Shown: in pieces, positions 1 through 11,353 of the stretch
Numbering within the stretch: the first letter of the stretch is position 1
How the letters are laid out: every line of letters starts with the position of its first letter
Source: Lingula anatina
Lineage: Eukaryota; Animalia; Brachiopoda
NCBI GenBank assembly: GCA_051362555.1
Contig: CM120640.1
Location: forward strand, 49,268,788-49,332,787
Length of the DNA stretch: 64,000 nucleotides
Direction: 5' to 3'
Translations under genes and position numbers: made by a program
The notes under the pieces: generated by a model
The model's input: only the letters and a program-made list of their open reading frames with translations
Database searches by the model: none
What the model was told of the DNA's origin: nothing

Positions 1-656
1 ACTTATTTGAACCAGATCAACAAATTTCATCCCTACCTTGCATGATTATGCAATATAGGTATTTATAAATATAAACATGTATGTAGGTTTACAGGTTTTG
101 TTACATGATCACAAGATTTAGCACTCATCGACTGGTCAAGAGGCAGTCACGTGTGGTCAATATTTTACCATATTGACCTCCTAACAGGTCAATATTGGCC
201 ACCATTTTGGATCTCTCTCTTAAGCTGGTTGACTAGTTTGATCCTGTTGTTCTCGTATGTGATATTGTACCATGGTATTCCATTTTATTTTGACAGCATT
301 AAACTTTTGAAAAATGTTCAATTTGTCTTGTTTTCAAAATTCATGATTATGTTACAAAACAGTCTTCTCTTGGTTATATATTCATCCCAATACTGAGATA
401 ATTGACCAGTCCTTAATTATCCCAGCTTTGAAACAAAACATATAGCCAAGAGATGACCTCACCCAAAGTCAATAATTATGTATCTTGTTAAGCAATTTTC
501 CAATATAGTATAGGCATCACCACCGAAGATGGCTCTCAATTATCCCAACCTAACCATTTTTACAATTTTGCAGTTTTTTAATATATTTTAGTTATTAATC
601 TTATCAATAAAATAGAGATGGATATTTCTTTTATTCTGTGTTATGTTATATTTCAG

Positions 657-796
657 GTTTGCTTGGGGTTATCTGGTGTATATTATGGTTGATACTGGTC
701 AGCAATTCCCCTGCTGACCATCCCCGCATCTCAGCTATTGAGAGGGACTTTATTCTACAGAGTTTGAAGGGACAGATGGACCATAAGGACAAAAAG
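657..796 (+). CDS. SLC17 (sialin-like) anion transporter, internal coding exon (gene starts upstream of the window)
   Basis: tttcag acceptor (AG 655-656) and AAG|gtagag donor. Translation GLLGVIWCILWLILVSNSPADHPRISAIERDFI matches the SLC17 post-TM6 motif (W..LV...P..HP.IS..E..YI). Starts in phase 1, ends in phase 0. Confidence 0.93.
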
Positions 797-2151
797 GTAG
801 AGTTGTGCTGTATCACGAGATGATTAATTGTGCACTTAATTTAAAAAACCAATAAAATGCTTAATCCAGACATTTGAATTTTAACCAAATTGAAGTGCAT
901 TAAATATTTCACACAGCAAGCAACTTTTCACTGGAATTAATTATAAATTGGTTGAAGAGGTGTTACATTATATTGCCCTTAGTTCACTTTGGAATCGTTA
1001 TGTCTTTGGAGCATAGTATAAGTGATAATGTTCTTTTTATTTGCCTCCAGGAAGAGGTAGGCTTGGGTTAAATGTCCTTGGTGTAATGTTTTTTTTTTCT
1101 TTCAATGTAAAATTTCTTTAATGTGTCTTCCATTTGCATGTTTATGGTACTGTAGTTGATGATAATTGATGACCATGTAGCATCAATAACACTGGAATGT
1201 GTGTGCATGCACATGCCAGCATATATATATTTGCATTTGCATTTGTCAGCAATGTTGGTCTACACATTTTATATTTTGAGTTCAGTGAACAAAGCAATGA
1301 CCAAATTGTATGATGAATTTGCCTTTTAGGTTTTTTCATCTTCAAGAGAAATTAATGTTTGTACTTTAGTTTATGACCTCATGGGAAATGACCTGAACAG
1401 GCTGCATGCATATATTTACATTACATTGCCAAATTGATTAGAGCTGATTTTTGTCTCCTGCTGTTATCAAGTCAGTACCACTTTTCACTGATATCTGTAG
1501 TTATGAAAGAATTTGTTTGAATAGAAGATATTTGAAAAGATCTGTGTCCTGGACATAAAATTTCCAAATGTTCAAAAATCAATCAAAGGTTTCACTTTCT
1601 TAGAAAAAAGAGACTAAAGGTTTAATAATTGATAAAAGATTAAGTTGTAATTTGTGAATTATTGATTTTATAGAGCCTTAAACTTGAAAAATCTGAAAGT
1701 TTGCATTATGGACAGAATTTTTAATTTGTGTACACAACACTCAAAATGAATTTTATTAGCATTTTCTCACATGAAGTAAAAGTCCTAAAATTCCTAAAGG
1801 TAAACACATAAAAAGTCAGTGAAATCTCAGAAAATGGGTAATTGGTTATAAGCTAAAACTCATAGTTATGGCTGTAATGCAAAACTAATACATGGAATGC
1901 CCCATATGCTATATTTTACAGACAGACACTTCCTGACCATATCTGAAATAGTGGCTAACATGATTGATTATTGACTATTCTCATGAAAAGCAGCTACATT
2001 CAGAATGTGATGGTGGCAAGCATGAGAAAAATTGAGGGAAACCTGAAGGAGGGTGGCTTATTTACTACCCACAGGAATTGATGGTCCTATATGGCAGTGA
2101 CTGAGAAATGGATACATTCAAATTAGTAACCAACCAACTTGTTTTCTTCAG

Positions 2152-2301
2152 CACACGCATATCCCATGGAAGGCTTTCCTAACCTCCATGCCTTTATGGG
2201 CCATTGTGGTGGGAAATGTCACCTCAGACTGGGGACTTTACACCTTCCTGACCAACATGCCTACCTACTTTAAGGAAGTTCTCAAGTTTGATATCAAATC
2301 T
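2152..2301 (+). CDS. SLC17 sialin-like transporter, coding exon (not in the ORF track)
   Basis: cttcag acceptor, gtaagt donor, 150 nt. Translation HTHIPWKAFLTSMPLWAIVVGNVTSDWGLYTFLTNMPTYFKEVLKFDIKS has the classic SLC17 PW..F.TS.P.WAI...W..YT.L..P.Y..VL.F motif. Confidence 0.95.
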
Positions 2302-2918
2302 GTAAGTATCAGTTTGTTAGAGAGAACTTTTTCAAAAGAGGGATTCTCATTGACATAGATTTTCCCACTTTCTTTAAAAAGAGGCCTTGTTTATATTCCA
2401 AATATCTGTAACATATAATAAAATTAACGTCCTTCTAAAAGAAATGCATTTAATATGTAAAATAAAAATGCCAGAAATGACACTTTGCCAAATTAAAGGG
2501 GGAAAGAAGTAAATTTGTAGTGTGTATCTGAGCATGGAACTGGGATTGAGCAGTGCTTCAGATCTCAGAAAATTTCTAGAAGATGTCAGAAAAATGTGTT
2601 AATTGGATTTTTTCTTGCAATCCCATGTGTAATGCATGGTCCCTGAAGAGATTTAATTCAAAGCATGAAGCAACTTTTTGAATTCTGAGACTCGTATAGG
2701 TTCCATTGTTTAATTACAGAAAATTAGATTGGCAGAGTAATCATACAATAGAAATTCTTCTGGTGGAAATTAAATGATTAAATCATGAATGATACTGAAA
2801 ATTATAACCATGTTGAATGAGACTACAAAAGACATTCTCTTCACGCAATTTTTTTTGGGTATAAGTAATATGTTACAATAATCCCATGTGACAGTGATAT
2901 TGATCTTATTTCTTTTAG

Positions 2919-3051
2919 AATGGCCTCATATCTGCCATTCCCTACATTGGTTTCTGGCTTGTGATCAACCTTGCTGGGTTAGGAGCAGATTTATTCAGAA
3001 AGAAAGGGTGGCTCAGCACTACCAATGCGAGAAAATTGATGGAAACCATAG
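2919..3051 (+). CDS. SLC17 sialin-like transporter, coding exon
   Basis: ttttag acceptor, G|gtagag donor. Translation NGLISAIPYIGFWLVINLAGLGADLFRKKGWLSTTNARKLMETI is in frame with both neighbouring exons. Confidence 0.95.
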
Positions 3052-3388
3052 GTAGAGATTATTATTTTTCAGACACATCTGGGTTTAATATACACCTTGC
3101 CCAAATAGCTTTTACTTGTCTAGATGATTGTTTGCTAATTTTGGTGATTGTAGATTTTGTGGTGAACAGAGGTTTGATTGGACAATTCAGTCATGCATAT
3201 TGGGCTAGGTGTGAAACAATACTTTCAGATACAGATTTGTGCTCAAATTGCGTTAGTTGTCCCACATGCTTTTGACCAGAGTTGATGTAATTTTGTGCAT
3301 TGACAGTCTTTCTTTTTTTTTTTTATTTTGATTGCTACTATTTGTCATCATAGTCTTATGGCTACATCCACACATGTAATTTCTTCAG

Positions 3389-3630
3389 GTCAACTTATTC
3401 CTGCAATTCTATTGGTTGGCCTGAGCTTTGTGGACTGTACCCAGCCGGCTTTGGCTGTGACCTTGTTGACCTTAGGTGTAGCTATAAGCGGAGCAGTATA
3501 CAGTGGCTACACCATCAACCATGTGGATATTGCTCCCAAGTATGCTGGTATGCTGTTTGGAATCACCAACACCATTGCCTCAGTCACTGGGTTTATTGTA
3601 CCTGTGCTCATCGGAAGTATAACGTCAAAT
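3389..3630 (+). CDS. SLC17 sialin-like transporter, coding exon
   Basis: cttcag acceptor, gtaagt donor. Contains the signature SGYTINHVDIAPKYAGMLFGITNTIAS. Confidence 0.96.
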
Positions 3631-3913
3631 GTAAGTTTGTGCCCATAAGAGTAACATAACACTTATTCATGACATATTGGTATGAAATCGTTGTATAAAG
3701 TCTTTGAATATTCAAACAATCACAAATAATAGATTAAGGGTTTGCTGAATTTTATCGTTTTGAGAAGTGGTAGAATTAAACTGAAATTTGACAAAATAGC
3801 AACACTAGCGTACACATGTGTATATTTCCATTTTCTTTGATTACATTTAATTTTAGAAGATGCTTTTCCATTTTATTCAACTTTTAACATGCAGATTGTT
3901 TTTCACTTTCCAG

Positions 3914-4135
3914 TCAACCAGAGAGGAGTGGCAGGTTGTTTTCTTCATAGCTGCTGCTGTGTATCTGTTTGGTGTGATCTTCTATGGAATATTTGCATCT
4001 GGAGATGTACAGCCATGGGCAGTGGGTGAGGAAGAGGAAGAAGAGGAGGAGGGACAGGAAATGGAGAAACTGAATAAAGGAGACCCAGATGTTGTAACGT
4101 CACCACCCACTGAGAAAGATGACCTGAAAGTTTGA
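3914..4135 (+). CDS. SLC17 sialin-like transporter, terminal coding exon
   Basis: ttccag acceptor. Translation [36 protein letters not shown] is the SLC17 TM12 / ASG..QPWA motif, followed by an acidic tail and TGA at 4133-4135. Confidence 0.96.
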   Translation, partial: STREEWQVVFFIAAAVYLFGVIFYGIFASGDVQPWAVGEEEEEEEEGQEMEKLNKGDPDVVTSPPTEKDDLKV

Positions 4136-4164
4136 AAATGGCCACTGTTCCATCTCCAGCATTC

Positions 4165-4433
4165 AGAACAGATGATCTGCAGACTAACTCATCTGCCACT
4201 AGATATGGCTGACCGAACTTAAAAGCAGTGCTGCTTAGTCCTCAGTGCTCTCCCCACCTCCACATGTGCCAATAAACGGATTAAATCCCAGCTCCCAGGT
4301 TTAATTGCAAGGCCACTGCAGCGACAGTGCATGTGGAGGCAAAGAGGCCATCATGGAATTAGTTGGCGCTGCTTTTAAGTGAGTCAGCCATATTTAGTCC
4401 GCAGATCTGTTAGTCTGTGGATCAACTTGTTCT
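4165..4433 (+). repeat. Long imperfect inverted repeat (hairpin) in the SLC17 3' UTR
   Basis: Left arm agaacagatgatctgcagactaac...gatatggctgac...acttaaaagcagtgc...cctccacatgtgc pairs with right arm gtgcatgtggagg...gcgctgcttttaagt...gtcagccatattt...gttagtctgtggatc...tgttct. Confidence 0.9.
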
Positions 4434-4454
4434 ATATGCCCTCTGTAGATCCTG

Positions 4455-5031
4455 GGTCCTGTTTCAGGAAAAAGTCTCAAGACTTCAATTTCTAACCTTG
4501 AATAGCTGACTGTGTTAAGTAGGTTAGGCAAAGGCAGTCCTAGAAGCACATTTGAAAATGGCTGTGTAAGCATTTAACAGATGATTTTCAGAGAGTTAAA
4601 GGCTATAGATTTTTAAAAATATCATTTTGAAGATAAGATATAGTCATACAACAGAGTCTCATCCATTGTAGATTTTATATTTACTGATTTGGAACAAGAT
4701 TAACAGACATGCATATTCACTTAAAATACTTTCTCTTTATGGGGGCTCCTTCAGAAAAATTTACAAAAGCTACATTTAGCCTTCACTGCTAAAAACACAG
4801 TCTTATAGTTACTGTAATTTGTCACATAATACAAAAATCATAGCATTATGTTTCTTGCAAACGACCCAAGTTACACAGCTTCAGCCTGTGCTAATCTAAG
4901 ACTGCTTCATCAGCCTTTGAGTAAATACATTCAAGGTTATTGAAACCTAGTTATAAGGTTTTTAAAAATGAAACAGTGAACTGAATTTTGTTTAAATGAT
5001 TTTGACTTCAGATTCTTTATGAAACAGGGCC
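4455..5031. mobile_element. PIF/Harbinger-type MITE
   Basis: TIRs ggtcctgtttcagg... and ...ttatgaaacagggcc. The same 3-bp CTG lies on both sides (4452-4454, 5032-5034), consistent with a CWG target-site duplication. Non-coding interior. Confidence 0.7.
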
Positions 5032-5571
5032 CTGGTCTGAAGAGAACATACCTTTGTTGGAAATACCATTCTGTAGAGGTATTTTATTGATAAACCTTCT
5101 TGAGAACAGTCATCAAATCTGTATGGTGTATTATACACTTCCCTAATGTTGTTGTACTTTTGAGTAACTCTGTGGTGCTGTCTGGGTCTTCAGATAATCC
5201 CCTAAAATAAAGAAATAAGTTGAATTCACAACTAAAGTTGCCATTCTTACCTAAGTACCATACTGATAGATGTTTCAATGTTTTAGTTAAAAACATGTTA
5301 TTTTATTAAAATTATACACAAGGTTTGCAGGTTTGGTCTATCAGGCCAAGGTAACAAAAAACAAAAGGAGCTATTAGTCATAGCAAAGTTGCTTGAGGGA
5401 GCTTTTAATGCAGTTAAACAATAGTATTTTTGCCTGTTACCTTACAGCATGTATGAACAAAATCTTATCAACAATGTTGTTGTTGATGTTAGTATTTATT
5501 ATATTTATAAATTAAATTATTTTAAGTATAATGTAAGTCATTTTTACCAGTTTTTATGATCCCACCCAAAC

Positions 5572-6151
5572 GGGACTGATATAAATAGCCCATATAAGAT
5601 CAGGTCAATAGATTGGACTTAATTCATACCTCAAGTTTTTACAGTCTCACAGTGGTGCTGTATTGGTAATACAATATAGCAAGAAGAAAGGTGAAATGAT
5701 TTGGCCAGTTGAATCATATACCTCATTCCACATAGCTGGTTTAAGATGGTTATCACAGTCATTCCTCACATGTATCAAACAACCCCCTAATTTTAGTATT
5801 TTATTTCTTCAATATTTTTAATTATTAGCAATACTTGAAAATACATTAACCTTACTGCATGACTGGGACTGATATAAATAGCCCATATAAGATCAGTTCA
5901 ATAGATTGGACTTAATTCGTACCTCAAATTTCTACAGTCTCACAGTGGTGCTGTATTGGTAACACATTTAGCATGAAGAAAGGTGAAATGATTTGCGGTT
6001 GAATAATATACCTCACTCCATATAGCTGGTTTAAGATGGTTATCACAGTCATACCTCACATGTGTCAAACAACCCCCTAATTTTAGTATTTTATTTCTTC
6101 AATATTTTTAAGTATTAGCAATACTTGAAAATACATCAACCTTACTGCATG
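5572..6151 (+). repeat. Tandem duplication, two ~290-bp copies (5572-5861 and 5865-6151)
   Basis: Both copies run gggactgatataaatagcccatataagatcag...aaccttactgcatg with only scattered substitutions and small indels. Confidence 0.95.
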
Positions 6152-7530
6152 GTTTTGAAAAACACCCATATCTTTTTAGGTATAGTTATGCAGATGTTGC
6201 TTTTGAAAATATGAATCAGTTTGAATTTACCAAGTGATTATGCGGACAAGGGTTAAGCCATTGGCTTATCTAATGCTTGAATTGAATTTTTTTAATTATT
6301 GCTTAAGTTGCAAGGGGGTGACATTTATATCTAAAATAGACCTTTTATTTATTTATTTTTATTTTTTATTATTTTATTTATTTTTTTTTTCGGAAAAAAC
6401 CCATCTTTAGAGTCATTTATCTTCAGTTGTGATGACATTAAATCCTGGATCTGTTCCCTGTACACCAGTAATCTCATACCAGTATTGTTCTGATCAGATT
6501 GTGTACCAACAAATGCATTTCAACATACCTCATAGAAATACAGGGATTTTATATATTTACAAATGTTTCTGTACTTTACAATTACAAGTGATGTTATACA
6601 AGGCTGCCTTCACACCCATTTACATATACATTTTAGAATTGCTGTTATAAGATCAGTATACCTCTCAATTGTTAATTTATGACATGTTCACGTCTTGCTT
6701 ATATGTATAAGCTTGGACCTATTTTACATGAGCCCAAGGTGCAACACATGTAAGTTATCAGGGAGATGTTATAGAGATATAAAAATATTTTAGTCCCTGT
6801 GATCAACAGCTGAAATAACTTATTGTTTTCCAGTATTTTGGTGTCTGTCAAGTGGCCTCCAGAAAATGACACTACAAGTTTTGACAGACAGAAATATTTG
6901 AGCACAGTGACTTTGATTCAAGTTGTTGTTTAAGAAAAGTACAGGGACAACAGTTACTGTAGATGATTGTTTAACACAGCTTATGAAATCTTTCTTAGCA
7001 TATCTTGGAGTGTGCTCACGTTTGATTATATGTGTTTTCTCACCAAGTGTGATCACTTTAAGATATTTTGTTGGTGTAACTGTAGTTGTTTGTTTAGAAT
7101 ATATTAAAAATTGAATTGTTATATTAAGGTTATTTAAGTGGTCATGATGTTGAGTCAGATACTATTTTTCATTTATAGTTTTCTTCACTGAAGTTGGTTA
7201 TCCTTGGAAACTGTTTTGACCTCGCATCTTATGCACTAGTCCAGTTGTATCATTAGCTTATTAAGTGTTTGTGGGCTTTATTTTGGATGTTAAATACTTG
7301 TTGTGTGTCTCATGTACTAAATAATTAAAGACTTATCATTTAACCTGTTATTTATTTACCATCAAAGAACAAAAGGTGTGGTTTCCTGTCTCATTTACCA
7401 GTATTTTTTCCCCTTTTTTAAGTGAGATGTTGGCTTCTCAGTAGTTTGTGTATTGCATTGAGGAAATGGATTTAAAGGAAATAGGAAGAGGACAGGGTTG
7501 GTCAGTGCAATGAAAACCTAGATCTATTTA

Positions 7531-7672
7531 GGTGATTTAAACTCGAGCATCAATTTTAAAAAATGTGATTCCAGACTGATCTCCATACACTCCATTATAT
7601 AAATATTTATAAGTTGTAGGTAATAACTCTGGAATCACATTTTTTTTAATTAATGTGTGGGTTTAAATAACC
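7531..7672. repeat. Inverted repeat / small MITE-like foldback
   Basis: ggtgatttaaactc...aaaaaatgtgattccaga pairs with tctggaatcacatttttt...gggtttaaataacc, around a ~50-nt loop. Confidence 0.8.
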
Positions 7673-8822
7673 ATCTGCTTTGTTTTGTTTTGTTTTGCTT
7701 TGAAAATATGAAAATATATTTACATTATATTGACAGCTTTTTAGTGCCGAGACGTGACTTTGCAGGATATTTATTTGTGTTTTTGTTTTTAATTTGACAC
7801 ATTGTATTGTTTAAAAAAATAGATCTCATGGAATTGTGGGCATTTTGATATTTTTAAATTGATGTGTCAAAAAAAAGTTAAATAGCAAATAAATTTTCAA
7901 CATTGTTCACAATTTCTGCCTTGGTCTTTTTGTTGCATCTTCATTTCATTTAAAGTCACTTGTTCAAGAAGAATCAACAATTTCATCTATAATAATATAG
8001 TTTTAATTATAATAAATTATAAGTGATCTGATTGTACCACTGCCAATTAAATTTTTGAAAATGTTATTTGATTTCCAAAAATTGTGATAAAAAAGATAAC
8101 ACTATCATGTTTTGGTAAATTAACATTTTTTTCATCAAAATATAGGTGAGTTGATGGCATAGATTATTCAAATTAATCTGTAATGTATGTGTACAATGCT
8201 GTGGAATATCCACTCCTTCAAAGACGCTAAGGATCCAGCTACTATTTCTAGATGCATTTAAAACCGTTTTTTTTTTTTCTGTTATCTCAGATTAATTCCA
8301 ACATATATTGTGTACTTAAACTCGCTCAAGTTATCTGAAAAATTGCGACAAAAGCATTTACACCCCCACCCCCCAACATACACATACACACTCACCCTGA
8401 GAGATGTTGAAAAAAGTGGTTTTTGCTTTAGCCACTGTCTCACCTAACACAATGTGGTCGAGTGGCGTGTTCCTTGGTGGTGCTGGAGACCAGTGTATTG
8501 ATCGCTGATACTGCGTTATTGTGTCGGCCAACCTTGTGTCCCCAGGCGGTATTTTGGTTACTGACTATTACGATTAAGGCAGGAATAATTAATTGAGCAA
8601 CAACTAATTCAGTGCTGAAAAATCGTTTTATGTAAACAATGCATCATATGCATAGCCTGTAATGTGTATGTGCTCGGACTTTACTGTTTTTAAATCACCA
8701 TTTATTTTGTTTTGAATATAGTTTATTTCCCTTGTCTGTTATTCGTCTTAGAAACTTAGCTTAGAATTTTGCTAGCATTTTGTCTTGATTATGAAAAGTA
8801 TCTTGCGATGAGGCAAATGAGG

Positions 8823-8825
<3 letters not shown>

Positions 8826-8868
<43 letters not shown>
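8826..8868. repeat. Poly-T tract (~43 nt)
   Basis: Read directly; preceded by the short tandem atgaggcaa x2. Confidence 0.9.
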
Positions 8869-8869
<1 letters not shown>

Positions 8870-11289
8870 TAAGCTAACTCCAAATAAATTTTATTGCACA
8901 TTTAAGCAATGGTCACCGAAATGGGGTGGCGAAAATAAATCAAATAAAATGTGAGAACAATAACGTTAACTGAGTAGAAGTCTATAGAATGTGGTCAAGT
9001 AAACAGTCGATCCTAGAACTAAGAAGGCTTGTGTTTTTAGTGTAATGTCACACCCTAAAACCACACATTCTTTTCCTAACGTCAACTTTGACCGGGAAAC
9101 AAGCAGTTATTTTAGCCAGTGATTTGTTGGGTTTATTTTGCACTGGACCGGCTTCATTGTGATTAACTTTGACTGACCGCTTTTACAATGACAAGTTAAA
9201 TATGACTTGCAACCTGAACAAAAAGTTGAATTTTCATAATACAGTATAATACAGCCTTTAATCCACACAAATATTTTCCTTCAAATGATAGAAGCGATTC
9301 TCTGTGAAAAGGTCTATATAGCTGAACTCATGTGTTTTGTCCCACAAGAATTATTTGGTCTAAAGGAAAATAAAGTGAATAAAAGTTTAAATAGAGGATT
9401 CTACAACATCACGGTGGGCCTACAAGACATCACAACCCAGAGGCAAATGGTTAATTGAACTTTCCACCAAAATAACCTTTTTAAGAAAACCTGAGGCTAG
9501 TAAGTTTCCTAGTTTACATTTTCAAAATGTTTATCTAGAGTACCGACACTGTCAATAAGATAAAGGGCAAATGATCATGATTGGCATTATATTCACGTAT
9601 GATCAATTGATCGATACAATCCAACACTAGTTGACGTATTAAAGAAGAGCGTGCCTTGGAACGAAAAATGACCACGTTTATGAAAAAAATGTCCTCAAAT
9701 CGACTTTGGCCTTTATTAATTAGCTGATAGTCAGCGTCATCTTTCCTTTAAAAGAAAAAAGAGAAAGAGTACAATCTCGTCGCACATGTGTGTATTGCAC
9801 TGAAGTTTGGGCCGATGCCAATCATAAAAACACAATTAATTTTGGCCAATTTAATTCTTTCACTTAATTGAACTTTCGTCCATTTATGTTCTGTCTATGC
9901 CTTTTCACCACTACGATCCCTCCTATAAATGAAATCAATTTTTCCAAAATAACTAGTATGGAATGGCGTTTTTTCCTTTTTCGAAATATTTACTCTTATT
10001 TATTTTTTCCACGGCCCGTTCGACTGCTGGGTCAATAATTCAAGTAATTCAGTTAAAAGAAGTCAGGTGGCAAGTTTTGTTGACTCAGCCTTCCACAGTT
10101 ATTTGTGCACGTTTGTTTAACATGGTCAGTACTGTCTTGGACACTGCTCGCCAGTTTACGTGGACACCTCTACTAATTTGATAATTTTCCTCTACCTTTT
10201 AACCCCCATTTGTTCAATATTTCGAAATGGTAAACAGACTTTTTCCACGAACTGTTTTGGGAATTCATGAAATTTCTCTAAGTTGAATTTGGGGCAGTCA
10301 GTCTCAGTTATAAGTTGCCTCAGCTCTATAATCAAAACCTTTCCGCGTCTCGCAATAGTTTTTGTAAAAAGTAAAAAGGCGAGGTGCAAATGGACTATGA
10401 ACCTCCAAATTACCTTGGCCGACTCAGTAGGGAATACGAACGCATTAGTCAGACATTGCTTTTAAATTAAATCAAATTAAAAAATACTGAAATAAGCGAA
10501 ATGTGGTAGAGTCCATGGTTGATATTTTAATTATTTAAAACTAGATTGCTTGTCGTGGTACGTGTTACAACAGAGTTTGCCGAGGTGTGCACCAAACTCA
10601 TCTGACATTTGCATCATAGATGTCCCGTCTAAAATAACAAAATTCGTGGGTATTTGCCTTCCATTGCATAGTACCTCATTTTGGCCTGCCTTAATGTTGT
10701 CTTTGGATGGACAAATTTGTAGATTAGGATATTTGAGTCAGTTTTATGAATGTATCAATATTTGTAACTTTATGTTGACTGTGTCAATTAAATGCTAATT
10801 CCGTAACAAAAGACATGGTTTAAATAACTATAACACAGTTAAAGCAAACAAATTGACAATATATGTCAAGATTAGATTTTCTGATTAAATTTGGAGTCCA
10901 TTGCATACAAATACACAGGACACCAAAATTACGCCGATGTATACATCAAAAGTAAAACTGTAATTGCATTCGCTCTGGACCATGGTGAGATTGAAATCAT
11001 GAAATTGATCAGTGCGTCACTGGGAGGCAATTAAATTCTCCTGCTACCACATTGATCTCCTCTAACGTCTTCTTCTGGCAAGGGCTCAGCTATGATTGTC
11101 TCCAATACTTTCTCCTAAGGCCTCCTGCCAAGACGCCCCTCATCATGCGTTGCACAATACCAAATTAGGGGGATTATTTCATGGTAAATAGGTAACATTC
11201 TGGAGGTGATTGGCACAGCTAGAACTAAGAGAGGTTTACAAGGATGATATTCTCTGTCTTTTCAGACGGTACATGTATATATATGCGGG

Positions 11290-11304
11290 CGTGCGCGCGT
11301 GTGC

Positions 11305-11350
<46 letters not shown>
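11290..11350. repeat. Compound (GC/GT)n(GA)n microsatellite
   Basis: Read directly. Confidence 0.9.

Positions 11351-11353
<3 letters not shown>

Noticed and set aside
103-270. Nested short inverted repeats (ggtcaatat x3, gactggtcaa/ttgactagt) in the SLC17 intron
   Set aside because: Probably a decayed MITE, but too degenerate to delimit and with no TSD.
151-396. 81-aa hydrophobic ORF as an SLC17 exon
   Set aside because: No SLC17 motif and no convincing splice sites; the hydrophobicity reflects T-richness.
4133-4200. Stop-codon readthrough or SECIS-driven recoding at the SLC17 TGA
   Set aside because: The context is TGA-AAA (not leaky), there is no AUGA/GA quartet with an AAR loop, and the protein end fits the family.
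8445-8530. Possible pre-miRNA (acacaat...attgtgt)
   Set aside because: Internal pairing is poor and I recognise no mature miRNA.
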